Shown: positions 27,171 through 35,075 of the stretch, piece after piece
Layout of the letters: every line of letters begins with the position of its first letter
How positions within the stretch are numbered: position 1 is the stretch's first letter
Origin: a virus
Lineage: Duplodnaviria > Caudoviricetes
Reading direction: 5' to 3' (one strand)
IMG/VR virus record: IMGVR_UViG_3300035148_000271
Span: 1-63,853 of that record
DNA length: 63,853 nucleotides
The notes under the pieces: generated by a model
Told to the model about the DNA's origin: nothing
The model's input: the letters and a program-made list of their open reading frames with translations, nothing else
The model's database searches: none
Translations under genes and position numbers: made by a program

Positions 27171-27349
27171 CCGGAATGAGCCTTGCAAGGCTGAGATATG
27201 GCCCGCTTGATGATGTTGCGTATTCCGTCGATATGCAGGCGATGGACGAAATGGAACTGCGTTCCGTGATCCTCAACTTGATCGCGCACGTCGAGCAACT
27301 TGAAAAGCGCGTCGATCAGATGTCCAAAGATGGGAGCTACAAATCATGA
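27167..27349 (+). CDS. Hypothetical protein (60 aa)
   Basis: GGAGG RBS, ATGA coupling. Confidence 0.55.
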   Translation: MTGMSLARLRYGPLDDVAYSVDMQAMDEMELRSVILNLIAHVEQLEKRVDQMSKDGSYKS

Positions 27350-27426
27350 CCGAACGGGACGGATGGATGTGCAGTTTCTTCTTCTGCCTTGGGTTCGTCA
27401 TCGGGTTTGCGGTGGCGCTTCCATGA
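27346..27426 (+). CDS. Membrane micropeptide (26 aa)
   Basis: MTERDGWMCSFFFCLGFVIGFAVALP; GGGAG RBS; ATGA overlaps at both ends. Confidence 0.5.
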   Translation: MTERDGWMCSFFFCLGFVIGFAVALP

Positions 27427-27521
27427 CGCGGAACCAGTACGAAGGACTGTTGATCGCGCTGTCGTTCACGGCCGGCCTGTTTGTCGGGCTGATCATCGCC
27501 GCTGCGATCAACAGCGCATAG
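27423..27521 (+). CDS. Membrane micropeptide (32 aa)
   Basis: MTRNQYEGLLIALSFTAGLFVGLIIAAAINSA; ATGA coupling. Confidence 0.5.
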   Translation: MTRNQYEGLLIALSFTAGLFVGLIIAAAINSA

Positions 27522-27529
27522 GAGGAAGC

Positions 27530-28051
27530 ATGAGTAACGACACCCCCGCCGCGCCTGCGCCCGAGCCAGTTTCTGAGGTGACGAACATCAGCACGCACAG
27601 CGACGGCACGAAGTTCTACACCATCGGCCCGTTTGCGCGTGATGTTCCTGTCGGCACAAAGCTCTACGCCCACCCTGCGCCAGTCGCCGCGCCCGATGCC
27701 GAGGAGATCATGGCGCTGGCCGATGGGTACGCAGCCAATCTAGTTAATGGCGAGCCGACGAAAACCCGCGCCGCCCTGCGCGCCGCTGTCGAGCGGGTGA
27801 TTGCGGAGAGGGACACGCTGAAAGCCGTGTCTGAGAAGTACCTAGAGCAAGGCGGGATCAACCTTGAAAGGGCGGAGAAGGCCGAGCAGGATGCGGCGAG
27901 GTTGCGGGAAGAATGGCCGAAGGTCCGTGCGCTGCTGATGGAACTGAAAGCGGCACGGGACAGCGGGAGGATTCCGTACTCGCACGCAACGGACATTCAG
28001 ATCGGGCCGCTTGTCGCTGCTATCGACGCCGCCATGAAGGAGCCGAAATGA
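27530..28051 (+). CDS. Hypothetical protein (173 aa)
   Basis: AGGAGG RBS; ends AAIDAAMKE. Confidence 0.7.
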   Translation: MSNDTPAAPAPEPVSEVTNISTHSDGTKFYTIGPFARDVPVGTKLYAHPAPVAAPDAEEIMALADGYAANLVNGEPTKTRAALRAAVERVIAERDTLKAVSEKYLEQGGINLERAEKAEQDAARLREEWPKVRALLMELKAARDSGRIPYSHATDIQIGPLVAAIDAAMKEPK

Positions 28052-28299
28052 AGCTGCCGCCGAAACCGCTACGCGCCGCTGTCGATGAGCACAACTTGCA
28101 GGGCGGTCGCCTTCTCTACTCTGCCGAGCAGATGAAAGCCTACGGCCTCGCCTGCGCGGAAGCGATGCGGGAGGCGTGCTCGAAGGCGTGCGATGAGTGG
28201 GCCGAGAAGTTTGCCGAACAAGCGCCGCTTGAAGGCAATCGCCCTTATGCCGCCAAGAAATGCGCCGTCGCCATTCGCGCAATCGAGGTGGAGCGATGA
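28048..28299 (+). CDS. Hypothetical protein (83 aa)
   Basis: AAGGAG RBS; YSAEQMKAY...EAC...C motif. Confidence 0.65.
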   Translation: MKLPPKPLRAAVDEHNLQGGRLLYSAEQMKAYGLACAEAMREACSKACDEWAEKFAEQAPLEGNRPYAAKKCAVAIRAIEVER

Positions 28300-28622
28300 G
28301 CGCCTGCACACACGACCTTGCCGAGCGCGAGACAGCCTGCGCGGATGGAATGTGCCCGATGTGCATCGCCGACAAGATCGAACGGCTAGAACGCGACTAC
28401 GAAGAACTCGGAGCGAGTGTGATGAATCTGTCGCACCCGAACTGTCAGCTTCTCCTAAACGACAAGCGCAAGGCTGAGCGTGAGCGGGACGAGGCGCTGG
28501 CGCTGCTGCGGGAGGCGCGGGAAGACGTTGCGTGCTGCGACACATTCATCGGGTCGAGGCAAGACAGGCTCGCCCGCATCGATGCGCTGGTGGAGGGGAA
28601 GAGTGATGCGAAAAGCGTTTGA
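28296..28622 (+). CDS. Hypothetical protein (108 aa)
   Basis: GAGGTGGAG RBS, ATGA coupling. Confidence 0.6.
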   Translation: MSACTHDLAERETACADGMCPMCIADKIERLERDYEELGASVMNLSHPNCQLLLNDKRKAERERDEALALLREAREDVACCDTFIGSRQDRLARIDALVEGKSDAKSV

Positions 28623-28998
28623 CGAACCGTCCTGCTGGGGCGACGACAGCCGCATCACAGTCGGGAACAACTGCAATCTGGTGAACACGCTGTTCAACAC
28701 GGTTGGCGGCGACATCACGATTGGCGACTGGACGTTCTTCGGTCACAACGTGATGCTGCTGACCGGTAGCCACGATCCGCAGAAGGTTTGTGCAAAGCGG
28801 CAGGAATACCAAGGACACGGCGGTGACATCCGAATCGGAAATGGAGTCTGGATTGGCAGCGGGGCGATCATTCTCGGGCCATGCGAGATACAGGACGACT
28901 GCGTCATCGCGGCCGGGTCTGTGTGCCGGCCCGGCGTTTACATGCAAGGATTCATGTTTGCCGGCAATCCGGCGGTTCCCAAAAGAAGGGTGGTGTGA
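28606..28998 (+). CDS. Hexapeptide-repeat sugar O-acetyltransferase-like protein (130 aa)
   Basis: ITIGDWTFFGHNVMLLTGSH, IRIGNGVWIGSGAIIL, AGNPA. Confidence 0.85.
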   Translation: MRKAFDEPSCWGDDSRITVGNNCNLVNTLFNTVGGDITIGDWTFFGHNVMLLTGSHDPQKVCAKRQEYQGHGGDIRIGNGVWIGSGAIILGPCEIQDDCVIAAGSVCRPGVYMQGFMFAGNPAVPKRRVV

Positions 28999-29660
28999 TG
29001 TCAACGATGTCTCCGAAGGACAACTTGGAACGGCTGCTGAAGGGCACGAACTACTCGGAAAAGATGCCGTACGTGGACCGGGAGCCGACCTTCCGCGCCA
29101 TGTGCGAGTTCGTGAAGGCCCGCCAGCACAGTCTGGACACAGCCGGCAAGAAGGATCAGGTGGTGATTTTCGAGACAGGCTGTGTGCGCTCCTTCGAGGA
29201 TTTCGGGGCCGGCTACAGCACGGTCATCTTCGACACCCTGTTGCAGATGATGGGCAAGGGCTACCTGACCAGCGTCGACATCACCAAGCAGAACGTGAAG
29301 ATCGCCAAGGGGCTGATCAAGTGGAAGGGCAGCGAGGTGCTGTGCGACGACAGCCTCAACGCGCTGGGGCGCTGGTCCACTCCCATCGACCTGTTGTACT
29401 TGGACAGCTTCGATCTGGCGCTGAACGACGACACGCCGTCAGCCGAGCATCACCTGAAGGAACTGAAGCTGGCGCTGCCGCTGTTGCGCCGGCCGGCCAT
29501 GGTGGCGGTGGACGACAACTTCAGCGGCGAGTACCGACCCAAGGGCCACCGCTACAAGGGCAGCAAGGGCCGACTGATCCGCGACTACCTGACCGATCTC
29601 GGCCTGAAGCCGGTGTTGGATTTGCAGCAAACAGTCTGGCTGTTGCCGCCGAACAGTTGA
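28998..29660 (+). CDS. Class I SAM-dependent methyltransferase-like protein (220 aa)
   Basis: IFETG, TSVDI, DDS, IDLLYLDS, VAVDD motifs (Methyltransf_24-like). Confidence 0.75.
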   Translation: MSTMSPKDNLERLLKGTNYSEKMPYVDREPTFRAMCEFVKARQHSLDTAGKKDQVVIFETGCVRSFEDFGAGYSTVIFDTLLQMMGKGYLTSVDITKQNVKIAKGLIKWKGSEVLCDDSLNALGRWSTPIDLLYLDSFDLALNDDTPSAEHHLKELKLALPLLRRPAMVAVDDNFSGEYRPKGHRYKGSKGRLIRDYLTDLGLKPVLDLQQTVWLLPPNS

Positions 29661-29685
29661 CGCTAGGCATACCTTTCAGTACATT
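29657..29685 (+). promoter_or_regulatory. Sigma70-type promoter driving the ncRNA array and Ro60
   Basis: TTGACG-N17-TACATT; first RNA unit starts 10 nt after the -10 box. Confidence 0.8.
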
Positions 29686-29694
29686 TCGTTTCAT

Positions 29695-29782
29695 AGCAGT
29701 GGCGCAGGGTGGCGGTTACTTCTCATGCCTAGAGGCTAGGCCGATGGCCTAGCGACCGTACCGCTCCCGCTTGATCCCTGCT
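29695..29782 (+). ncRNA. Y-RNA-like unit 1
   Basis: Terminal stem AGCAG/CTGCT; conserved GTGGCG-YAG, CGGTTACTTC, CGCTTGATCCC; cargo hairpin GCTAGGCC/GGCCTAGC. Confidence 0.8.
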
Positions 29783-29791
29783 TACAGTTTT

Positions 29792-29861
29792 GATGGTGGC
29801 GCAGACGCCGGTTACTTCGCATAGAGGGTGAGAACCGTGCCGGCATCGCTTGATCCCCATC
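29792..29861 (+). ncRNA. Y-RNA-like unit 2
   Basis: Terminal stem GATGG/CCATC; same conserved motifs; minimal cargo. Confidence 0.8.
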
Positions 29862-29869
29862 TTGGTTTC

Positions 29870-29962
29870 GCCGTGGCGGTAGTTGCGGGTACTTCGGGAT
29901 GAAACCCTTCTTCGGAAGGGCCGCCGTTTCGACACGGCAAGTCCGCAACGCTTGATCCCGGC
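29870..29962 (+). ncRNA. Y-RNA-like unit 3
   Basis: Terminal stem GCCG/CGGC; inner stem GTTGCGG/CCGCAAC; UUCG hairpin and T-loop-like GCCGT-TTCGAC-ACGGC. Confidence 0.8.
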
Positions 29963-29969
29963 AGCAGTA

Positions 29970-30103
29970 TTGGTAGTGGCGTAGAGGTCGGTTACTTCGC
30001 CTTGTAAGCGAGAGGTCGGGGGTTCGAGTCCCCTCGGGTCGAAAGACTCGTAGCTCAGTCGGATAGAGCGCTTATCTAGCCGGTTTCGCCTGATCCCTAC
30101 CAA
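29970..30103 (+). ncRNA. YrlA-like Y RNA (unit 4) carrying a circularly permuted tRNA-Thr(UGU) mimic
   Basis: Stem TTGGTAG/CTACCAA; anticodon arm 29996-30012, variable loop AGGTC, T arm GGGGG-TTCGAGT-CCCCT, acceptor stem closed by GAAA, D arm GCTC-AGTCGGATA-GAGC. Confidence 0.9.
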
Positions 30104-30135
30104 CGGATTTCATAACGACAAGACGCGAGGGAAAT

Positions 30136-31548
30136 ATGAAAACGAACAAACCGATCCGGGCCGCTGCCATCCAGACGCACGAAGGTGCGCCGGCCGTCCG
30201 CATCAACGCCGAAGCCCAACTGCGGCGCTCGGTCATGGCGTCCTTGCTGTGGGAAGACACGTTCTACGAGAACGGCGTCGACATCGCCACGCGCGTGCAG
30301 AAACTGGCCAAGGCAGTGCCGGCCGACACGCTGGCCGCCATCGCCATGGAAGCGCGGAACCAGATGTACCTGCGCCACATGCCGTTGCTGCTCGCCCGCG
30401 AACTGGCGCGGCACCCGAACCGCACGAATCCGGCCGTGGTGAAACACACCCTGTCGGCTGTGATCCAGCGTCCGGACGAACTGGGCGAGTTCCTGTCGCT
30501 GTACTGGAAGGACAAGCGCCAGCCGCTGTCGGCGCAGGTCAAGAAAGGACTGGCGGCAGCGTTCGCCAAGTTCGACGAGTACCAGTTGGCCAAGTACAAC
30601 CGCGACGGTGCGGTGAAGTTGCGCGACGTGGCCTTCCTGTCGCACGTCAAGCCGGGGATGCCGGCTGACGCTGCCGTACAGGTCGTCGAACGCAAGTACA
30701 AGAACGGCAGCGTGGCCAAGGTGCTGCGCCACCCGTACTCGACGGTCGGCAAACTGATTGACGGCACGTTGCCGACTCCGGACACGTGGGAAGTGGCGCT
30801 GTCGGCCGGCAAGGACAAGGCCGAGACGTTCCGGCGACTGTTGGATGAGGGCAAGCTCGGCGGGCTGGCGTTTCTGCGCAACCTGCGGAACATGGAGCAG
30901 GCCGGCATCACCAAGTCGGAACTGATCCAAGCGGTCGGCAACGTCCGCTTCAACAAGGTGCTGCCGTTCCGCTTCATCGCCGCTGCGCGGGCTGTGCCGG
31001 CGTGGGAAGACCTGATCGAGCCGCTGATGCTGAAGGCGGCCGAAGGACTGCCGAAGCTGAAAGGCCTGACGGTCCTGCTGGTGGACGTGTCGGGGTCGAT
31101 GGCCGACAAGCTGTCGGGCAAATCGGACCTGACCCGTCTGGACGCCGGGGCCGGGCTGGCGATCCTGCTGCGCGAAACCTGCGAGGAAGGCGCGATCTTC
31201 ACGTTCGACACCAGCATCAAGGCAATCCCGCCGCGTCGGGGCTTTGCCCTGCGGGACGCCATCGGCGCTCCGCGTGGCGGCACGGCGCTGGGCCATGCTG
31301 TTGTGCATGCCAATCAGGTCAAGGGCATGAAGCGCCTGATCGTCGTCACCGACGAGCAGTCGCATGACCGGGTCGGTGCGCCGGCCTGCGAGCAGGCCTA
31401 CATGATCAACGTCGGGGCGTACAAGAACGGCGTCGGCTACGGCAACGGCTGGACTCACATCGACGGCTGGTCGGAGAATGTGGTGCGTTACATCACCGCC
31501 TTGGAAGGGGCGACGGTGGAGGCAACCAATGACGACGAAACGGTGTAG
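30136..31548 (+). CDS. rsr: Ro60/Rsr-like TROVE domain RNA-binding protein with C-terminal vWA (470 aa)
   Basis: THEGAPA, LLWEDTFYE, IQRPDEL, FDEYQLAKYNR, TPDTWEV, LRNLRN, LPFRF, MIDAS DVSGSM and VTDEQ. Confidence 0.92.
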   Translation: MKTNKPIRAAAIQTHEGAPAVRINAEAQLRRSVMASLLWEDTFYENGVDIATRVQKLAKAVPADTLAAIAMEARNQMYLRHMPLLLARELARHPNRTNPAVVKHTLSAVIQRPDELGEFLSLYWKDKRQPLSAQVKKGLAAAFAKFDEYQLAKYNRDGAVKLRDVAFLSHVKPGMPADAAVQVVERKYKNGSVAKVLRHPYSTVGKLIDGTLPTPDTWEVALSAGKDKAETFRRLLDEGKLGGLAFLRNLRNMEQAGITKSELIQAVGNVRFNKVLPFRFIAAARAVPAWEDLIEPLMLKAAEGLPKLKGLTVLLVDVSGSMADKLSGKSDLTRLDAGAGLAILLRETCEEGAIFTFDTSIKAIPPRRGFALRDAIGAPRGGTALGHAVVHANQVKGMKRLIVVTDEQSHDRVGAPACEQAYMINVGAYKNGVGYGNGWTHIDGWSENVVRYITALEGATVEATNDDETV

Positions 31549-31810
31549 ACCCGGCGACCTTGCGGTCATCATCGCATCCGAAATGCCGGAAAACTTGGGG
31601 AGGTTCGTGGACGTACTCCACGAATCGGCCCCGCACAAAGGCGATCCCGCGTGGTGGGTCCGGATGCGTAACGGACCCGGCATGCGAGCAGACGGTCCTG
31701 CCTATGAGGGCCGTATCCGTGACAAGCGTTTGCAACCCATTCGTGGACCGAAGGATGAACCGTTTTCTCAAGTGGATGAAGAGACTGCTGTGCCGGCTGT
31801 TCGGACATGA
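31529..31810 (+). CDS. Hypothetical protein (93 aa)
   Basis: GGAGG RBS; CRPGDLAVI...LQPIR motif common in phages. Confidence 0.7.
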   Translation: MTTKRCRPGDLAVIIASEMPENLGRFVDVLHESAPHKGDPAWWVRMRNGPGMRADGPAYEGRIRDKRLQPIRGPKDEPFSQVDEETAVPAVRT

Positions 31811-31889
31811 CATGACCCCGGTGGAGTGGAACACCCGCCGGCGGACCTACTCCATGCGCTGCATCCACTGTGGACACATCTGGCGATGA
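31755..31889 (+). CDS. DUF1660-like small Zn-binding protein (44 aa)
   Basis: LLCRLFGH...CIHCG. Confidence 0.65.
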   Translation: MNRFLKWMKRLLCRLFGHDMTPVEWNTRRRTYSMRCIHCGHIWR

Positions 31890-32143
31890 GCGACTTTCTC
31901 GACTTTTTTGCTCCACTGGCAATTGCCGCCGTCGTTCTGGTGGGCGGCATCATCGGAACACTTTGCCTGTACGAAGTGACCTTCGGTCGCTGGGGCTGTC
32001 AGGACTTCTCCAAGATCACCGGACTGCAGACGGAGTGGTCGCTGTCGCTGGGCTGCTACGTGAATGACAAGGGCCAGTGGATGAGCCGGGACGCCTTCAA
32101 CCAGCGCAATGTCCAGAACCGCCTGCAGGTCGAGGTTAAGTAA
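31886..32143 (+). CDS. Membrane protein (85 aa)
   Basis: N-terminal TM helix; ATGA coupling. Confidence 0.6.
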   Translation: MSDFLDFFAPLAIAAVVLVGGIIGTLCLYEVTFGRWGCQDFSKITGLQTEWSLSLGCYVNDKGQWMSRDAFNQRNVQNRLQVEVK

Positions 32144-32565
32144 TGGCGCTGACCAACCGCTTTGAGTCCAAGATAGAGCGCATTCCGGAAGGTGGATGCT
32201 GGGTTTGGATGGCCTCGTTGGATTCCAAGGGGTACGGCCAGATCAATCTGCGCGGCAAGATCGTGCGGGCGCACCGCCACATCTTTGGGCTGTTCGGCAA
32301 CAGCGTTCCAACTGGCATGGACTTGTGCCATCGCTGTGACAATCGCTCATGCGTAAATCCGGCACATTTATTCGTTGGTTCACGGCAAGACAATATGGAC
32401 GATGCCAAGAGCAAAGGCCGAAAACTCGGCCGGCCGACGGCGACCGTGTGCAAGCATGGCCACGTCAAAGCCGGCGCGAATCTTTACCTATGGCGCGGGA
32501 GGCTTGGGTGTCGAGCTTGTCGCAAAGCGAGCGACGACCGCCTTCATGGAAGATTGTCATGCTGA
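32143..32565 (+). CDS. HNH homing endonuclease (140 aa)
   Basis: CWVW...GYG...AHR...CHRCDNRSCVNPAHL...N..D; C-terminal CKHGH...CRAC. Confidence 0.92.
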   Translation: MALTNRFESKIERIPEGGCWVWMASLDSKGYGQINLRGKIVRAHRHIFGLFGNSVPTGMDLCHRCDNRSCVNPAHLFVGSRQDNMDDAKSKGRKLGRPTATVCKHGHVKAGANLYLWRGRLGCRACRKASDDRLHGRLSC

Positions 32566-33428
32566 CGAACAGGCTCAATCTCCCGGAGTCGATTGTTCAA
32601 GCGGTTTTGTCTGACCCGTATAAATCGGGCGGCGACATCTCTGTCACCCAACTGATCGCGCCGGCCTACCAGCGCAAGCTGCGACTGGAGCACCCCCTCG
32701 TCGAAGACGTGTCGGACCGCATCTGGTCGCTGGTCGGGCAGATCGGCCACGGCATCCTTGAGCGCATCCCTGTCTCCGACCATGTGCTGAAGGAAGAGCG
32801 CCTGTACATGCCGGTGTCCGGCCCCCGTGCCGAGTGGCGGCTGTCTGGTCAGTTCGACCACTTGGAGAACGGCGTCCTGTCCGACTTCAAGTTCACCTCG
32901 GTATGGGCGGCCAAGGACGGCGGCAAGATCGAATGGGAACAACAGTTGAACCTGTTGAAACTGTTGTGCGACCACGTCTACGCCGCCATCTACGACGGCC
33001 GCTACGAGGTCAACACCTTGCAGATCGTCGCCATCTTCCGCGACTGGCAGAAGAGCAAGGTCGGGGACGACGGCTACCCGGATACGCAGGTGGCCGTGCT
33101 GCCGATCCAGATGTGGGAGAAGGAACAGGCGGTCGCCTTCCTGCACGAACGTATCGCAGCGCACCAAGACCCGGACCCGCCGGTCTGTTCGGACGAGGAA
33201 CGCTGGAAGACCCCCGACCGCTACGCACTGATGAAGCCGGGCGGCAAGCGGGCGATCAAGCTGTTCGGCAACATGGAAGAGGCTGTGGCTTTCAAAGAGC
33301 AACAGCCGGATGCCAATACCCTTTGGATTGACAAGCGGGCTGGCGAATACCGTCGATGCGGGGCATACTGCGCCGTGTCACACGCCTGTCCCGCTTGGCA
33401 GAAAATGCTGAGCGATGCGCCCTTCTAG
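32559..33428 (+). CDS. PD-(D/E)XK (Cas4/RecB-like) exonuclease (289 aa)
   Basis: ISVTQL, G-x-x-x-H-x-x-LE, SGQFD...DFK, QLN, C-terminal Cys cluster. Confidence 0.85.
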   Translation: MLTNRLNLPESIVQAVLSDPYKSGGDISVTQLIAPAYQRKLRLEHPLVEDVSDRIWSLVGQIGHGILERIPVSDHVLKEERLYMPVSGPRAEWRLSGQFDHLENGVLSDFKFTSVWAAKDGGKIEWEQQLNLLKLLCDHVYAAIYDGRYEVNTLQIVAIFRDWQKSKVGDDGYPDTQVAVLPIQMWEKEQAVAFLHERIAAHQDPDPPVCSDEERWKTPDRYALMKPGGKRAIKLFGNMEEAVAFKEQQPDANTLWIDKRAGEYRRCGAYCAVSHACPAWQKMLSDAPF

Positions 33429-33562
33429 TGATTACGGTATCGCAGGCCAGAGCCGGTCCGTACCCATCCCTGCAACGGGTGACGTGGGACGCTTTCCTTC
33501 CTTCGGCACAACCCCGGGCACCCGTCCCTTTTCCCTCGCGCACCATCCCTTGGGCGCGTTGC

Positions 33563-33588
33563 AGCCGGGCCTAGCGCCCGGCTTTTTT
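33563..33588 (+). terminator. Rho-independent terminator
   Basis: AGCCGGGC-CTAGC-GCCCGGCT then TTTTT. Confidence 0.75.
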
Positions 33589-33592
33589 CAGC

Positions 33593-33898
33593 GTGGACGA
33601 CACCCGCGCCCGTCAGTTGATCCGAGAGGTACTGTTCCGCGACCCGCTGCGCGAGTGGACGTGCCACGAACTGGCCCGACTGTTGTCCCTGACCGGCCGC
33701 ACCATCGCCCGCGAGATACGGTTCCTGAAGGAATCGAACCAGATCGAACGGGCCTACGGCAAGCGCCGGCGCATGACCTTCCGGGCCAAACCGGCCTCGC
33801 CCTACCCGCGTTGGTTGCAGCCGTTGGCTCTGGAGGATGTGGAGCGGGTGATCGTGCTGAGCGTGAACCGCTACAGCGTCGACAAGGACGAGCGATGA
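33593..33898 (+). CDS. Winged-HTH protein (101 aa)
   Basis: TCHELARLLSLTGRTIAREI. Confidence 0.6.
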   Translation: MDDTRARQLIREVLFRDPLREWTCHELARLLSLTGRTIAREIRFLKESNQIERAYGKRRRMTFRAKPASPYPRWLQPLALEDVERVIVLSVNRYSVDKDER

Positions 33899-34062
33899 TC
33901 CCGCAACCGGTGCTGACTTCCAAGATCAACATCCTGATCGGTGACCCCGAAGCCGACGGGCTGCCGGTCGACTTCCACTTCCAGTGCATGCTGCCGGACG
34001 ACGCCACAGTCGACCAACTGGCGGCATGGGTAGACGCTTTCTTCCAACAGCGGAACAACTGA
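33895..34062 (+). CDS. Hypothetical protein (55 aa)
   Basis: ATGA coupling. Confidence 0.5.
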   Translation: MIPQPVLTSKINILIGDPEADGLPVDFHFQCMLPDDATVDQLAAWVDAFFQQRNN

Positions 34063-34559
34063 TGGCCCTTCCTCCGGTCCCGGTCGGCATGCCCCGGCTG
34101 GCGCAAGACGTTCACATGCAGGCCGAGATACGGATCAGCACCGTGGCCGGCGTGGAGCGCCATGACACCTTCGGCTCAACCCTGCACCCGATTGAGAAGA
34201 CGCACAGGTACGGCGCGACCGTGGCAATCAGCGAAGCGCTGCTGGAGTCCAACAGCTACGTCCCGAAGGAAGTGATCGTGCGGGAGGTGTCGCGCCGCTT
34301 GGCGGCCGATCTGGCCAAGTCGCTGGAAGCACAGGTCAGCGCCCTGTTCGACTCCCTCTACATGAACGCCGAGAAGAAGGCGGTCAAGGCTCCGCAGAAA
34401 ACGGTGACGAGCGGCAGCTTGATCGGGACGTTCAACGCTGCGTCCGGAATCCTTGGGCAGAACGCGATGCAAAGCTACGCGGCCAGCAGGCAAGGAATGG
34501 ACGGTACGGTCGACCCCCGCTCCGAAGCGCCGGAAGACGAAGAGTGGAGTCCGGAGTGA
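34062..34559 (+). CDS. Hypothetical protein (165 aa)
   Basis: TGATG coupling. Confidence 0.55.
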   Translation: MALPPVPVGMPRLAQDVHMQAEIRISTVAGVERHDTFGSTLHPIEKTHRYGATVAISEALLESNSYVPKEVIVREVSRRLAADLAKSLEAQVSALFDSLYMNAEKKAVKAPQKTVTSGSLIGTFNAASGILGQNAMQSYAASRQGMDGTVDPRSEAPEDEEWSPE

Positions 34560-34771
34560 GCGACGACCTGTTGAACTGTCCGTGCTGTGGCGGCGAGGCT
34601 GTGTACTCCGGCGGCAACAGGGTCTACGGTCACGGCGAGTCGCCGTACGTCCACTTCATTCGCTGCCGTCTTTGCGGGCTACAAACCCAAGAGTTTCCGG
34701 AGGGCTACTGCGGACCGCCGGCTGACTGCAAACGACAAGCTGCCAACGTATGGAACAAACGTACGAACTGA
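34556..34771 (+). CDS. Lar-family restriction alleviation-like protein (71 aa)
   Basis: LLNCPCCGGEA...CRLCG...WNKR. Confidence 0.75.
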   Translation: MSDDLLNCPCCGGEAVYSGGNRVYGHGESPYVHFIRCRLCGLQTQEFPEGYCGPPADCKRQAANVWNKRTN

Positions 34772-34849
34772 GCCGTTGTGCTCTGGCTGTGAAGTTGGCC
34801 ATCATGGGCATCCAGTACGAACTGGTGAAGGGCCAGCCCTGCCCGGTGT

Positions 34850-35074
34850 TTGAGGGCGAACTGCGGACGTACTTCGGAATTGCGGAAGCTCCGTAACGAA
34901 GCCATCGTCCGCATGTTCAGGCTCGGCTTCACCATGGAGGAAGTCGGCCGGCACTTCCACCTGACCCGGCAACGCATTCACCAGATACTGCGGCAGCACA
35001 AGGTCGCCGCCGGCGAAGGCGGGCAGGCGGTGATGACCCCGGAGAAATGGGAGCGGCTGCGCAAGCGGCGCTAG
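34850..35074 (+). CDS. Sigma-70 region-4-like HTH protein
   Basis: GFTMEEVGRHFHLTRQRIHQIL; start uncertain. Confidence 0.65.
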   Translation: MRANCGRTSELRKLRNEAIVRMFRLGFTMEEVGRHFHLTRQRIHQILRQHKVAAGEGGQAVMTPEKWERLRKRR

Positions 35075-35075
35075 G

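Noticed and set aside
29996-30070. Ordinary tRNA-Thr gene
   Set aside because: The arms are in permuted order, the acceptor stem is closed by GAAA and there is no CCA end; reported as a tRNA mimic instead.
29695-30103. CRISPR array
   Set aside because: Conserved motifs are split and embedded in covarying stems, unit lengths vary from 70 to 134 nt, and there is no cas operon.
32559-33428. CRISPR-associated cas4
   Set aside because: Stand-alone Cas4/RecB-like exonucleases are common phage recombination genes; there is no cas1, cas2 or array.
33430-33560. Possible ncRNA between the exonuclease and the terminator
   Set aside because: Only short alternative pairings, with no promoter or known motif; not supportable without comparative data.
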